This document shows, one piece after another, positions 45,825-55,539 of a DNA stretch of 64,000 bases. The stretch spans positions 3,141 to 67,140 of the forward strand of contig JAKAHV010000002.1 of assembly GCA_021825295.1 (NCBI GenBank), given 5' to 3'. The notes below the pieces were generated by a model, which was not told the DNA's origin, searched no databases, and saw nothing but the letters and a program-made list of their open reading frames with translations. The translations under genes were made by a program, and so were the position numbers. Position 1 is the first letter of the stretch, and each line of letters opens with the position of its first letter. Source of the DNA: Nitrospirota bacterium. GTDB lineage: Bacteria > Nitrospirota > Thermodesulfovibrionia > Thermodesulfovibrionales > JdFR-88.

Positions 45825-47620
45825 CCGGAAACGATATTTTACAGACCGTTTTGTATTTCGGGGCCCTCGCGGTCCTCGCGGGGCCGCTTGGCCTGTACAT
45901 GGCGAGGGTTTACGAGGGCGCGCCCTGCGGCCTGGACGGAGTGCTGGGCCCGCTGGAGCGCCTCTTTTACCGGGTCTGCGGCATCCGTCAGGACGAGGAG
46001 ATGGACTGGAAACAGTATGCCACGGCGGTCCTCATATTCAGCGCGGCCGGCGTGTTCCTGCTTTATTTTCTTCAGCGCGTTCAGGGCGCGCTGCCGCTCA
46101 ATCCGCAAAAATTCGGCGCCGTGACCCCGGGGCTTTCCTTCAACACCGCCCTGAGTTTTGTGACAAACACCAACTGGCAGAACTACAGCGGGGAGACCGC
46201 GATGAGCTATCTTACCCAGATGGCCGGGCTGGCCGTGCAGAACTTCCTTTCGGCCGCGGCCGGAATGGCGGCGCTCGTCGCACTCATTCGCGGTTTCAAG
46301 CGGCACTCCGCCAATACCATAGGCAATTTCTGGGTGGATATGGCCCGCGGCACGCTTTACATACTGATGCCCCTTGCGCTTGTCTATTCGCTCCTTCTGG
46401 TCTCCCAGGGGGTTGTGCAGAGTTTCGGCAAATACAGGACGGTTGACCTTGTCGAGGCCGGCAACTACGAAATCCCGAGGCTGGATGCCGGCGGCAACGC
46501 CGTAAAAGACGCAAACGGGGACCCCGTTATGGAAAAGGCGAAGGTGACGCGTCAGGTGATCCCGCTTGGCCCCGCGGCCTCACAGATAGCGATAAAGCAG
46601 CTCGGCACAAACGGAGGCGGGTTTTTCAACGTCAACTCCGCCCATCCGTTTGAAAACCCCACCGCCTTTTCGAATTTCCTGGAGTGCCTTGCGATACTGC
46701 TGATACCCGCCGCGCTTTGCATAACCTTCGGGAAGATGGTTGGGGACAGGAGGCAGGGATTGGCCCTGCTTGCGGCCATGTTTCTGATACTGGTCCCGCT
46801 TACTTTCCTGTGCGCGTGGGCGGAGCAGGGCGGCAATCCGCATCTTGCCTCCATGGGGGTCGATCAGGCCGCAAGCGCCCTGCAGCCGGGCGGCAACATG
46901 GAGGGAAAGGAGGCCAGGTTCGGGATCGCCGATTCCACCATCTGGGCCGCCGCCACCACCGCGGCCTCAAACGGCTCTGTAAACTCCATGCACGATTCCT
47001 ATATGCCCCTGGGCGGCATGGTGCCGATGCTGCTCATACAGTTTGGGGAGGTCATATTCGGGGGCGTGGGCTCCGGGCTCTACGGAATGCTCATATTCGC
47101 CATCATAACCGTCTTTGTGGCCGGCCTGATGGTCGGCCGCACGCCGGAATACCTGGGCAAGAAGATAGAGATATTCGAGATGAAGATGGCGGCCCTGGTG
47201 GTGCTCATTGTAAACGCCCTCATTAAACTCGGAACGGCGATAGCCGTCTCGACGAAGGCGGGGACGGCCGGTATCGCGAACCCCGGGCCGCACGGTTTTT
47301 CCGAGGTGCTTTACGCCTTTTCGTCCTTCGCCGGCAATAACGGAAGCGCCTTCGCCGGCCTGAACGGAAACACGGTTTTCTACAATACGATCGGGGGGAT
47401 ACTCATGTTTTTCGGGAGGTTCTGGGTGATCATCCCGGTGCTGGCCATTGCGGGTTCGCTCGCCAAAAAGAAGCAGGTGCCGGCGGGGCTCGGGACGCTG
47501 CCGACCCATACCCCCCTTTTCGTGGTGTTTCTTATGGGGGTCATAGTGATAGTCGGCGCCCTGGCTTTCATGCCGGGCCTGGCGCTGGGCCCCATCGCGG
47601 AACAGTTGATGTACCACTGA
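45821..47620 (+). CDS. kdpA: potassium-transporting ATPase subunit A
   Basis: 599 aa. ...[22 protein letters not shown]...[22 protein letters not shown]...[11 protein letters not shown]... Confidence 0.95.
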   Translation: MTGNDILQTVLYFGALAVLAGPLGLYMARVYEGAPCGLDGVLGPLERLFYRVCGIRQDEEMDWKQYATAVLIFSAAGVFLLYFLQRVQGALPLNPQKFGAVTPGLSFNTALSFVTNTNWQNYSGETAMSYLTQMAGLAVQNFLSAAAGMAALVALIRGFKRHSANTIGNFWVDMARGTLYILMPLALVYSLLLVSQGVVQSFGKYRTVDLVEAGNYEIPRLDAGGNAVKDANGDPVMEKAKVTRQVIPLGPAASQIAIKQLGTNGGGFFNVNSAHPFENPTAFSNFLECLAILLIPAALCITFGKMVGDRRQGLALLAAMFLILVPLTFLCAWAEQGGNPHLASMGVDQAASALQPGGNMEGKEARFGIADSTIWAAATTAASNGSVNSMHDSYMPLGGMVPMLLIQFGEVIFGGVGSGLYGMLIFAIITVFVAGLMVGRTPEYLGKKIEIFEMKMAALVVLIVNALIKLGTAIAVSTKAGTAGIANPGPHGFSEVLYAFSSFAGNNGSAFAGLNGNTVFYNTIGGILMFFGRFWVIIPVLAIAGSLAKKKQVPAGLGTLPTHTPLFVVFLMGVIVIVGALAFMPGLALGPIAEQLMYH

Positions 47621-47700
47621 TTCCAAAGAGAGCTGTTGTTGGGGTGAAATGGCCGGGAAAAACGGCCGGGAAAAATTTCTACAAAAAGGATTTAGGTATC

Positions 47701-49776
47701 ATGAGCGCGAAAAAAATAAAAAGGTCTCTTTTTGAGCCGAAGATTGTGCGCAGGGCGCTTCTGGATTCTGTCGGGAAGCTGAACCCTGTCTACCAGATCA
47801 AAAACCCGGTGATGTTCGTCGTGGAGACAGGCAGCGTCCTGACGACCCTGCTTTTCCTCCATGCTCTTATCACGGGCAGGGGCGAGGCGTCTGCCGTCTT
47901 CATCCTGCAGATTTCAGTCTGGCTGTGGATAACGGTGCTCTTCGCCAACTTCGCGGAATCCATGGCGGAGGGCCGTGGAAAGGCGCAGGCCGACGCCCTC
48001 AGAAAGACGAGGAAGGATGTTGTTGCCAAGCGCCTCTCCAAACCGGCCAGGGACTCCGGGGTTACGCAGGTCCCCTCTTCCGGGCTGAAGAAGGGCGATG
48101 TCGTCCTGGTGGAGGCGGGCGACATCGTCCCGATGGACGGCGAGGTGATCGAAGGCGTGGCCTCGGTCAATGAGAGCGCTATTACAGGCGAGAGCGCGCC
48201 GGTAATCAGGGAGTCCGGCGGCGACCGGAGCGCCGTCACCGGCGGCACGCTGGTGCTTTCGGACTGGATAGTGGTAAGGGTAACCGCCAGCCCCGGCGAG
48301 ACTTTTCTGGACAGGATGATAGGCATGGTGGAAGGCGCGAAGCGCCAGAAGACGCCAAACGAGATTGCGCTCGATATACTGCTGGCGGGGCTAACCATCA
48401 TATTCCTGCTGGTGACGGCGACCCTGCTGCCGTTTTCGATATTCAGCGTGAAGGCCGCGGGGCAGGGCAGCCCCGTTACCATAACGGTCCTCGTGGCGCT
48501 GCTGGTCTGCCTGATACCCACCACAATCGGCGGGCTCCTGTCGGCCATCGGCATCGCGGGGATGGACAGGATGATACAGGCCAACGTCATCGCCATGTCC
48601 GGGCGCGCCGTGGAGGCGGCAGGCGACGTGGATGTGCTTCTGCTGGACAAGACCGGCACGATAACGCTTGGCGACCGGCAGGCCACCCTTTTCATCTCCG
48701 CGCCGGGCGTTGATGAAAAGAACCTTGCCGACGCGGCCCAGCTCTCTTCACTGGCCGATGAGACGCCCGAGGGGCGGAGCATCGTGGTCCTGGCGAAGGA
48801 GAAATACGGCATCCGCGAAAGGGACATACATGCCCTTGGAGCGCAGTTCGTGCCCTTTTCCGCGCAGACAAGGATGAGCGGGGTGGACCTGAACGGCCGG
48901 CAGATACGCAAGGGCGCGGCGGACGCCGTGGAGAAATATGTGCAGAAGCAGGGCGGGACCTTTCCCGCCGGTGTCCGCGCGGCCGTGGACGACATCGCCA
49001 GGCAGGGGGCCACGCCCCTTGTAGTCGCGGAAGGCCCAAGCGTATTGGGCGTGGTCCGCCTCAACGACATCATCAAGGGGGGCATAAAAGAGCGTTTTGC
49101 AGAGATGAGGCAGATGGGCATAAAGACGGTCATGATCACGGGCGACAACCCGCTTACGGCGGCCGCGGTGGCGGCGGAGGCCGGCGTGGACGATTTCCTG
49201 GCGCAGGCCACCCCGGAGACCAAGCTGAAGCTCATCCGCGAGCATCAGGCGGGCGGCCGGCTTGTGGCCATGACCGGCGACGGCACAAACGACGCGCCCG
49301 CCCTGGCCCAGGCCGATGTGGCCGTCGCCATGAACACCGGCACGCAGGCGGCAAAGGAGGCCGGCAACCTGGTGGACCTCGATTCAAACCCCACAAAGCT
49401 CATTGAGATAGTGGAGATAGGAAAGCAGCTCCTGATGACGCGCGGAACGCTGACGACATTCAGCATATCCAATGACGTCGCCAAATATTTCGCCATCCTG
49501 CCGGCCGCTTTCGTCTCGATATACCCAGCCCTTGGGGCGCTGAATATCATGCGCCTGTCCACGCCGCAGAGCGCCGTGCTCTCCGCGGTCATCTTCAACG
49601 CGTTGATCATCATTTTTTTGATCCCGCTTGCGCTGCGCGGCGTCAAGTACAAACCCCTGGGCGCGCAGACCGTGCTTCGCAACAACGCGCTCATCTACGG
49701 AGTGGGAGGGCTGATAGTGCCTTTTATCGGAATAAAGCTTATAGACATGCTCATAACGGCCCTTCATATGGCCTGA
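47701..49776 (+). CDS. kdpB: potassium-transporting ATPase subunit B (P-type ATPase)
   Basis: ATG 47701 ([16 protein letters not shown]). Phosphorylation motif [27 protein letters not shown] hinge. Confidence 0.95.
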   Translation: MSAKKIKRSLFEPKIVRRALLDSVGKLNPVYQIKNPVMFVVETGSVLTTLLFLHALITGRGEASAVFILQISVWLWITVLFANFAESMAEGRGKAQADALRKTRKDVVAKRLSKPARDSGVTQVPSSGLKKGDVVLVEAGDIVPMDGEVIEGVASVNESAITGESAPVIRESGGDRSAVTGGTLVLSDWIVVRVTASPGETFLDRMIGMVEGAKRQKTPNEIALDILLAGLTIIFLLVTATLLPFSIFSVKAAGQGSPVTITVLVALLVCLIPTTIGGLLSAIGIAGMDRMIQANVIAMSGRAVEAAGDVDVLLLDKTGTITLGDRQATLFISAPGVDEKNLADAAQLSSLADETPEGRSIVVLAKEKYGIRERDIHALGAQFVPFSAQTRMSGVDLNGRQIRKGAADAVEKYVQKQGGTFPAGVRAAVDDIARQGATPLVVAEGPSVLGVVRLNDIIKGGIKERFAEMRQMGIKTVMITGDNPLTAAAVAAEAGVDDFLAQATPETKLKLIREHQAGGRLVAMTGDGTNDAPALAQADVAVAMNTGTQAAKEAGNLVDLDSNPTKLIEIVEIGKQLLMTRGTLTTFSISNDVAKYFAILPAAFVSIYPALGALNIMRLSTPQSAVLSAVIFNALIIIFLIPLALRGVKYKPLGAQTVLRNNALIYGVGGLIVPFIGIKLIDMLITALHMA

Positions 49777-49785
49777 GGAGGAAAA

Positions 49786-50358
49786 ATGCCGCGGATGATC
49801 CGTAACTCTGTAATGTCCCTGCTGTTCATGACTGCGCTTACCGGTATCGTTTATCCCCTGGTTATAACCGGAATCGCCCAGGTGGCTTTCCCTGGCAGGG
49901 CGAATGGAAGCATCGTTGAGGAAAACGGCAAGCCCGTCGGCTCCGCCCTGATAGGCCAGCAGTTCGGCGGCCCCGGATATTTCTGGGGCAGGCCGTCGGC
50001 CACGACCCCTTATCCCTATAATTCCGCATCATCGTCGGGCTCCAACCTCGGCCCGAACAACCCGGACCTCATCCGGGCGGTCCAATCCCGCATAGATGCC
50101 CTGCGTGCGGCGGACCCCGGCAATCGAAGGCCCATACCGGTGGACCTCGTAACATCCTCCGCAAGCGGGCTGGACCCTGACATCAGCCCGGCTGCCGCCA
50201 TCTATCAGGCCGGAAGGGTCGCCAGGGCCAGGGGGCTGGATGTGGCGAAGGTCCGCGACCTTATCGCGGAGAACACCAGAGAAAGGTTCCTGGGAATATT
50301 CGGTGAGCCCGCCGTAAACGTGCTCAGGCTGAACCTGGCGCTTGACAATCTCAAATAA
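49786..50358 (+). CDS. kdpC: potassium-transporting ATPase subunit C
   Basis: 190 aa. N-terminal TM. GSALIGQQF...YFWGRPSA...SSGSNLGPNNPDL...VDLVTSSASGLDPDISPAAA. Confidence 0.9.
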   Translation: MPRMIRNSVMSLLFMTALTGIVYPLVITGIAQVAFPGRANGSIVEENGKPVGSALIGQQFGGPGYFWGRPSATTPYPYNSASSSGSNLGPNNPDLIRAVQSRIDALRAADPGNRRPIPVDLVTSSASGLDPDISPAAAIYQAGRVARARGLDVAKVRDLIAENTRERFLGIFGEPAVNVLRLNLALDNLK

Positions 50359-50432
50359 TGCAGTCCACTCTTGTTAAAATAATAAGGATGAAATGGATAG
50401 CGAGCGTATCCTCCTGCGTACTGCGGGACTTG

Positions 50433-50547
50433 TCCTGCGATCGCGCAGGATCAAACGAGCAAACATGATGAAAATAAAAAATCCTTACATTGTCCCGCGA
50501 AGCGCGGGACTGCGGCTTGCCGCAGGGAAGATCAATCAATCGCTTCC
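50433..50547. repeat. cluster of four consecutive GC-rich hairpins (BIME/REP-like)
   Basis: TCCTGCG-atcg-CGCAGGA (50433-50450). GTCCCGCG-aag-CGCGGGAC (50492-50510). CTGCGG-cttg-CCGCAG (50510-50525). GGAAG-N12-CTTCC (50526-50547). Confidence 0.7.
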
Positions 50548-50564
50548 TGCCGGGACGGATTGAC

Positions 50565-50885
50565 ATGCCTCTGATTGCCTGGTTCATATTTGTCCTTGCC
50601 GCCGTGTTCGAGGTTGGCGGCGATGCGCTGATACGGCGCGGGCTCACCTCCGGCGGCCTGTTTCTGATTCTGGCCGGTTTCCTCGTGCTCGGTTCATACG
50701 GGGTCACTGTAAACATGGTGAAATGGGATTTTTCAAAGCTCCTGGGTGTTTACGTGGGGGTGTTTGCCGTTGTAAGCGTCCTTTTCGGGCGATTCATTTT
50801 CAGGGAAGATATTGCCGGGGCCACCTGGGTGGGACTTTTCTTTATCGTAGCGGGCGGTCTGGTAATCCAGTTTGGGAGCAGATGA
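50565..50885 (+). CDS. YnfA/UPF0060-like small 4-TM membrane protein (DMT/SMR-like)
   Basis: ATG 50565. 106 aa. TM1 acidic residue (AAVFEVGGDALIRRG). GVYVGVFA and TWVGLFFIVAGGLVI align by eye with E. coli YnfA. Confidence 0.7.
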   Translation: MPLIAWFIFVLAAVFEVGGDALIRRGLTSGGLFLILAGFLVLGSYGVTVNMVKWDFSKLLGVYVGVFAVVSVLFGRFIFREDIAGATWVGLFFIVAGGLVIQFGSR

Positions 50886-50936
50886 AGACGTCCGGGGAAA
50901 GGAAGGCCGGAATATCCCGGGTTTGATAAGGGGAAA

Positions 50937-53621
50937 ATGATGGAGGACCGCAGGCCTACTCCCGAGGAGCTTCTGGAGGAGGCGCGCCAGGAGGCTGAGC
51001 GCGGCCGGGAGGGCCGGCTGAAGATATTCTTTGGCGCGGCCCCCGGTGTCGGAAAGACATATGCGATGCTCGAGGCCGCCAGGCAGAAACACGCCGAGAA
51101 CCTGGACATCGTTGTGGGGCTCGTGGAGACCCACGGACGCAAGGAGACCGAGGCCCTGCTTGAAGGGCTAGAAGTGCTGCCCCGCCGCGAAATCGAATAC
51201 CGCGGCGCCGTTCTGAAGGAGTTCGATCTGGACGCCGCGCTGGCCCGGAAACCCGCCATCATCCTTGTGGACGAGCTTGCCCACACAAACGCCCCCGGCT
51301 CGCGGCATAAGAAACGCTGGCAGGACATCTATGAGCTGCTTGGCGCCGGCATCTCCGTGTATACAACGATGAACGTCCAGCACCTGGAGAGCCTGAACGA
51401 TGTCGTCACACAGATCACCGGCGTGAGAGTGCACGAAACCGTCCCCGATTTCCTCCTGGACCGCGCGGATGACATCGAGCTTGTCGACATTTCCCCGGAA
51501 GACCTTCTGCGCAGGCTCCAGGAGGGCAAGGTGTATGTGCCGGAGCTGGCGGCCCGCGCGAGGGAGAATTTCTTCCGCAAGGGCAACCTGCTTGCGCTCC
51601 GGGAGCTGGCGCTCAGAAGGACCGCCGACAGGGTTGACGAGCAGATGCGCAGCTACCGGCTCGGCAAAAGGGTCAAGACGGTATGGCCCGCGGCGGAGCG
51701 GATACTCGTGTGCGTCGGCCCCAACCCCCGTTCGATACGCCTCATACGGGCGGCGAAACGCATGTCGGACAGCCTCAAGGCGGAGCTGATCGCGGTCTAC
51801 GTCGAGGCCCCCCACAAGGTAAAACCCTCTGAAAGCGATTTGAGGCAGCTTGCGGAGCACATGCGCCTGGCCGAGACCCTCGGAGCGGAGACCGTGACGC
51901 TGTCAGGGCCGAAGGCCTCCGAGGAGATACTTAATTACGCGCGCGCCAGGAACGTCACCAAGATATTGGTCGGCAAGCCCACTCATCCAAGGTGGAAGGA
52001 CAAGGTGTTCGGCTCGATGCTCGACGAGGTCGTGCGCGGCAGCGGGGACATGGATGTGTATGTGATAACCGGCGACATTGCGGAGCCGATGACCGGGCAC
52101 ATAGCGGAGACCGCCGCCCGGCCGCGGGCGGGCCTCAAGGAATGGCTCCTCAGTCCCTCGGTAGTTGCGGCCGCCACCGGGGTGGCATTCCTTTTGCCGT
52201 CCTATTCAACCGTCAACGTCGCCATGGTCTACCTGCTGGGCATCGTGTTCGTCTCAAGCCGCACGGGCAAGGGGCCTTCCCTGCTTGCGACCCTTCTGAG
52301 CGTAGCGGCATTCGATTTCTTCTTTATCCCCCCGGTTTATACCTTCGCCGTAAGCGACGTGAGATATTTCTTTACGTTTGTTGTCATGTTCGCAGTGGCC
52401 TTTGTCATCAGCGGCATGACGCTGAGAATTCGGAGGCAGGCCGCCTCCTCCCGCAACAGGGAGAGACGTACCGCCGCCCTATACGCGCTTTCCCGGGAGC
52501 TGTTGCACGAAAGGGGGATCGAACACTTAAGCGCGGTCGCTATAAAACATCTGAGCGAACTGTTTGCCAGCCGCGTGGTGATACTGGTGCCCGGAGAGCG
52601 GGGAAATCTCTCCGTGGCGATGACCGGTTTTTCGACCTTCGCCATGGACCAGAACGAGATGAGCGTGGCCCAATGGGCGTTCGACCACAGGCAGGAGGCC
52701 GGATTGGGGACCGATACCCTCTCCGGGGCGGAGGCCCTGTACATACCCCTTATGACATCCACGGGGACGGTGGGCGTGCTTGGCATAATGCCCGCCGGAG
52801 GGGGCGCCGCCTTCGACCACGAGCAGATACACGCGCTGGAGAGCTTCGCAAACCAGATAGCGATGGCCGTGGACAGGGCGTTCCTTGCGGAAGAGGCGCA
52901 GCGGGCCCTTGTGAGGGCGGAGGCCGAGGCCCTCCGCAGCACGCTGCTGAGCTCGGTCTCCCACGACCTGCGCACGCCGCTTGCCGCAATCACCGGCGCG
53001 GCCACCGCGCTTGCCGGGAGGGACGTCGCCCTCGACGTCCAAAGCAGGCATGAGCTTGTCCGGACCATCAAGGAAGAGGCCGATCATCTGAACCAGATCA
53101 TCAGGAACGTCCTCGACATGACGCGCCTGGAGGCGAAGGCCATAAGCGTGAAAAAGGAGTGGCAGTCCATCGAGGAGATCTCCGGGGTGGTCCTGAACCG
53201 GCTCTCGGACAAGCTGGAGGGCCGCCCTGTCAGGGTGGATATCCCCGAGGACCTGCCCCTTGTCCCCTTTGATCCTCTCCTCATCGAGCAGGTGCTCACC
53301 AACCTAATGGACAACGCGGTCAAATACACCCCGGCCGGCACCCCGCTTGAGATGTCCGCAAGGATAAAGGAAGGCTCGCTGATCTTCGAACTGGCGGACC
53401 GCGGCCCCGGAATCCCCCCGGGGGACGAGGAGCGGATATTTGAAAAATTCGTGCACGGCTCCGGGGGCGGCATAGGGCTGGGGCTTGCAATATGCCATGC
53501 CATCATCAAGGCCCACAAGGGGCGCATCTGGGCCGAAAACCGGCCGGACGGCGGCGCGGTCTTCCGGTTCACCCTGCCTGCCGGCGAGCCGCCGCCGATG
53601 CCCGAGCCCGAAGAGTTTTGA
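50937..53621 (+). CDS. kdpD: sensor histidine kinase KdpD
   Basis: 894 aa. N-terminal KdpD domain (LKIFFGAAPGVGKTYAML). Usp-like domain. 4 TMs. GAF-like region. H box SSVSHDLRTPL. HATPase motifs. Confidence 0.95.
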   Translation: MMEDRRPTPEELLEEARQEAERGREGRLKIFFGAAPGVGKTYAMLEAARQKHAENLDIVVGLVETHGRKETEALLEGLEVLPRREIEYRGAVLKEFDLDAALARKPAIILVDELAHTNAPGSRHKKRWQDIYELLGAGISVYTTMNVQHLESLNDVVTQITGVRVHETVPDFLLDRADDIELVDISPEDLLRRLQEGKVYVPELAARARENFFRKGNLLALRELALRRTADRVDEQMRSYRLGKRVKTVWPAAERILVCVGPNPRSIRLIRAAKRMSDSLKAELIAVYVEAPHKVKPSESDLRQLAEHMRLAETLGAETVTLSGPKASEEILNYARARNVTKILVGKPTHPRWKDKVFGSMLDEVVRGSGDMDVYVITGDIAEPMTGHIAETAARPRAGLKEWLLSPSVVAAATGVAFLLPSYSTVNVAMVYLLGIVFVSSRTGKGPSLLATLLSVAAFDFFFIPPVYTFAVSDVRYFFTFVVMFAVAFVISGMTLRIRRQAASSRNRERRTAALYALSRELLHERGIEHLSAVAIKHLSELFASRVVILVPGERGNLSVAMTGFSTFAMDQNEMSVAQWAFDHRQEAGLGTDTLSGAEALYIPLMTSTGTVGVLGIMPAGGGAAFDHEQIHALESFANQIAMAVDRAFLAEEAQRALVRAEAEALRSTLLSSVSHDLRTPLAAITGAATALAGRDVALDVQSRHELVRTIKEEADHLNQIIRNVLDMTRLEAKAISVKKEWQSIEEISGVVLNRLSDKLEGRPVRVDIPEDLPLVPFDPLLIEQVLTNLMDNAVKYTPAGTPLEMSARIKEGSLIFELADRGPGIPPGDEERIFEKFVHGSGGGIGLGLAICHAIIKAHKGRIWAENRPDGGAVFRFTLPAGEPPPMPEPEEF

Positions 53622-53657
53622 AATGGACCAGGAATATCGATTGGGAGGCCTGAGCGG

Positions 53658-54374
53658 ATGCCGGAACCAAAAGAGGCCATTCTACTTATAGAGGACGAAC
53701 CGCAGATGAGACGTTTCCTGAGGGTCGTCCTTCGGGGGCACGGCTACCAGATGTTCGAGGCGGCCACCGGAGAGGAAGGGCTTATGCAGGCGGCCCTCAG
53801 GAACCCCGAGCTTGTGCTGCTGGATTTGGGACTGCCCGACCTGGACGGAATCGAGGTGGCCAGGCGGCTGAGGGAATGGAGCGATGTGCCCATAATCGTC
53901 GTCTCCGCCAGGGAGCAGGAGACGGACAAGATCAGGGCCCTTGATGAAGGGGCCGATGACTATCTCATAAAACCATTCGGGGCGGGCGAGCTCCTGGCAC
54001 GGATAAGGGTGGCCCTGCGCCACAGGGCCATGCGGAGGTCCGGCCACAAGGAATCGTTCTTCATGGTCGACAACCTGAAAATAGATTTCGTGAAAAGGCA
54101 GGTCTTCCTGGATGATGAGGAAGTCCACCTCACCCCCATAGAGTACAAGCTCATCTGCCTGCTGGCGGGCAATGCCGGCAAGGTCCTCACCCACAGCCAG
54201 ATACTGAAGGAGGTATGGGGGCCGAATTACATCCACCAGACCCAGTATCTCAGGGTCTATATGACGCAGCTCAGGCACAAGCTCGAGGCGGACCCGGCAA
54301 GGCCCAGGTTCCTGATAAATGAACCGGGCGTGGGCTACAGGTTCAAGGCGGAATCCGGGAAAACCGCGTCCTGA
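53658..54374 (+). CDS. kdpE: response regulator KdpE (OmpR family)
   Basis: ILLIEDEPQM...LVLLDLGLPDLDG...DDYLIKPF. Winged-helix LTPIEYKLICLLAGNAGKVLTHSQIL...EPGVGYRF. Confidence 0.9.
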   Translation: MPEPKEAILLIEDEPQMRRFLRVVLRGHGYQMFEAATGEEGLMQAALRNPELVLLDLGLPDLDGIEVARRLREWSDVPIIVVSAREQETDKIRALDEGADDYLIKPFGAGELLARIRVALRHRAMRRSGHKESFFMVDNLKIDFVKRQVFLDDEEVHLTPIEYKLICLLAGNAGKVLTHSQILKEVWGPNYIHQTQYLRVYMTQLRHKLEADPARPRFLINEPGVGYRFKAESGKTAS

Positions 54375-54653
54375 GCGCAGCGCAGGGCATCTGCCTGCTC
54401 CTTTCGTTCAGCGCGCGGTTCCGGGCGTAAGTCCCGCTGCGGCGGGATTGCCGCCAAGGGCGAGTATCAGGCCATTGTTTAAGATACGGTCCGCCGGTAT
54501 CCGTCCGCTCTTCGCTTCTCTCCAGGAACAGGCAGATGCCAGCCCCACAATCTGATGATAGGTGTTAAGACCGTCTGAAGAAGCGATTGCAACCATTTGA
54601 CAGGCAGGCATGGGCTGCCCCTGTGCCCCGCAGCATGGCCAGGATGACTGGTT

Positions 54654-54682
54654 CGGGACTGGTCCCCCCGGGACTGGTCCCC
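54654..54682. repeat. tandem duplication CGGGACTGGTCCCC x2
   Basis: Read directly from the sequence. Same GGGAC-TG-GTCCC motif as at 37882-37895, 39666-39679 and 39728-39739. Confidence 0.85.
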
Positions 54683-54739
54683 GGATTGTGATACAATCTG
54701 GAAAAACAGGCGGCTGCCGCCTGAAGGGAGGCCGCGAAA

Positions 54740-55216
54740 GTGAACAAGATGCTCATTGCGATCGACGGCTCGGAGTGTTCGATGAAGGCGGTCCATTATG
54801 CCGCGGACCATTTTTCCGGCATTGAAGACCTGCAGATCACCCTTCTTCACGTCCTGCCCATGCCGGCCGTCTTCTGGGATGAGGGGCATTTCCTGGGCGA
54901 AGAGGAGAAAAAAGAGCGGCGGCGCTTTTTCGAGCAGTGGCAGGACGAACGGCGCAGGGACTTCGAGTCCGCCTTCCGGAGGGCTGAAGAGATCCTTATT
55001 AAAAAGGGGATAAAGCCCGGGCAGATCGCAAGGAGGGAGGCAGGGGACACCGTCGACGCGGCCGACCGGATACTGGATGAAACCCGAAGCGGCGGTTACA
55101 AGACCCTTTTGCTGGGCCATTGCAGGCACGACGGGGCAGCCCACTTTATCCGCGGCAGCGTGACCCGCGAGATCGCCTTCCGGCTGGAAGGCACGGCCCT
55201 CACCATTGTTGAATAA
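54740..55216 (+). CDS. universal stress protein (UspA family)
   Basis: GGGAGG SD 7 nt before GTG 54740 (ATG 54749 is an alternative). MLIAIDGSECSMKAVHYA...YKTLLLGHCRHDGAAHFIRGSVTREI. Confidence 0.8.
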   Translation: MNKMLIAIDGSECSMKAVHYAADHFSGIEDLQITLLHVLPMPAVFWDEGHFLGEEEKKERRRFFEQWQDERRRDFESAFRRAEEILIKKGIKPGQIARREAGDTVDAADRILDETRSGGYKTLLLGHCRHDGAAHFIRGSVTREIAFRLEGTALTIVE

Positions 55217-55248
55217 AGGAGGGCGTTGAATAAAGGGGGTCATTCGCC

Positions 55249-55276
55249 TTGACAGCGATGCGGCGCATGATAGAAT
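55249..55276 (+). promoter_or_regulatory. near-consensus sigma70 promoter TTGACA-N16-(TGa)TAGAAT
   Basis: TTGACA at 55249-55254 and TAGAAT at 55271-55276, preceded by TGA (extended -10). Points into the palindromic element and the cyt c-nar operon. Confidence 0.5.
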
Positions 55277-55294
55277 TACCTCAACTGAAACCTG

Positions 55295-55487
55295 TTGATT
55301 TTAGAACCTATCTCAAAATCGCTTCTGGCTGCAAGAGGCTGAAATCGCGGCATACGGCGTCATACAGGGAAAATCGTCCTCAATCCCGCCTTGGCGGGAC
55401 TGCGCCTCCGGGCGATTTCCCTTTCTTCCTTGTCTGCCACGATTTCCTTTCTCTTTCGCTTCAAAATCAATTTCGAGATAGGTTCTA
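55295..55487. repeat. ~190-bp imperfect palindromic (MITE-like / structured-leader) element
   Basis: Ends are TTGATTTTAGAACCTATCTCAAAATCGC and GCTTCAAAATCAATTTCGAGATAGGTTCTA. Inner arms are GAAATCGCGG/CCACGATTTC and GGGAAAATCG/CGATTTCCC. Centre is CCCGCCttGGCGGG. It shares its ends and centre with the 14.7-16.4 kb locus. Confidence 0.8.
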
Positions 55488-55539
55488 GTGGAAATCCGCA
55501 TACTTTTTGAATGCTTTCAGTTTTGAAGGTGCTTTGGAG

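Noticed and set aside
50420-50564. Guanidine-II/III (mini-ykkC / ykkC-III) riboswitch upstream of the SMR/YnfA-like gene
   Set aside because: The genomic context is tempting, but the hairpin loops are ATCG, AAG and CTTG rather than ACGR. The CCGGGACGG string alone does not reproduce the ykkC-III consensus. The same hairpin motifs recur in unrelated spacers, so they are REP-like.
55295-55487. Retron msr/msd-like ncRNA (promoter, terminal inverted repeats, long central hairpin)
   Set aside because: No reverse transcriptase gene is adjacent or anywhere in the window. The downstream genes are cytochrome c and narG.
55507-55520. FNR/CRP-type box TTGA-atgctt-TCAg just upstream of the cytochrome c gene
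   Set aside because: It matches only 7 of 8 core positions. It lies about 20 nt before the ATG, so a class II position (-41.5) would put the TSS inside the coding region. Not supportable without data.
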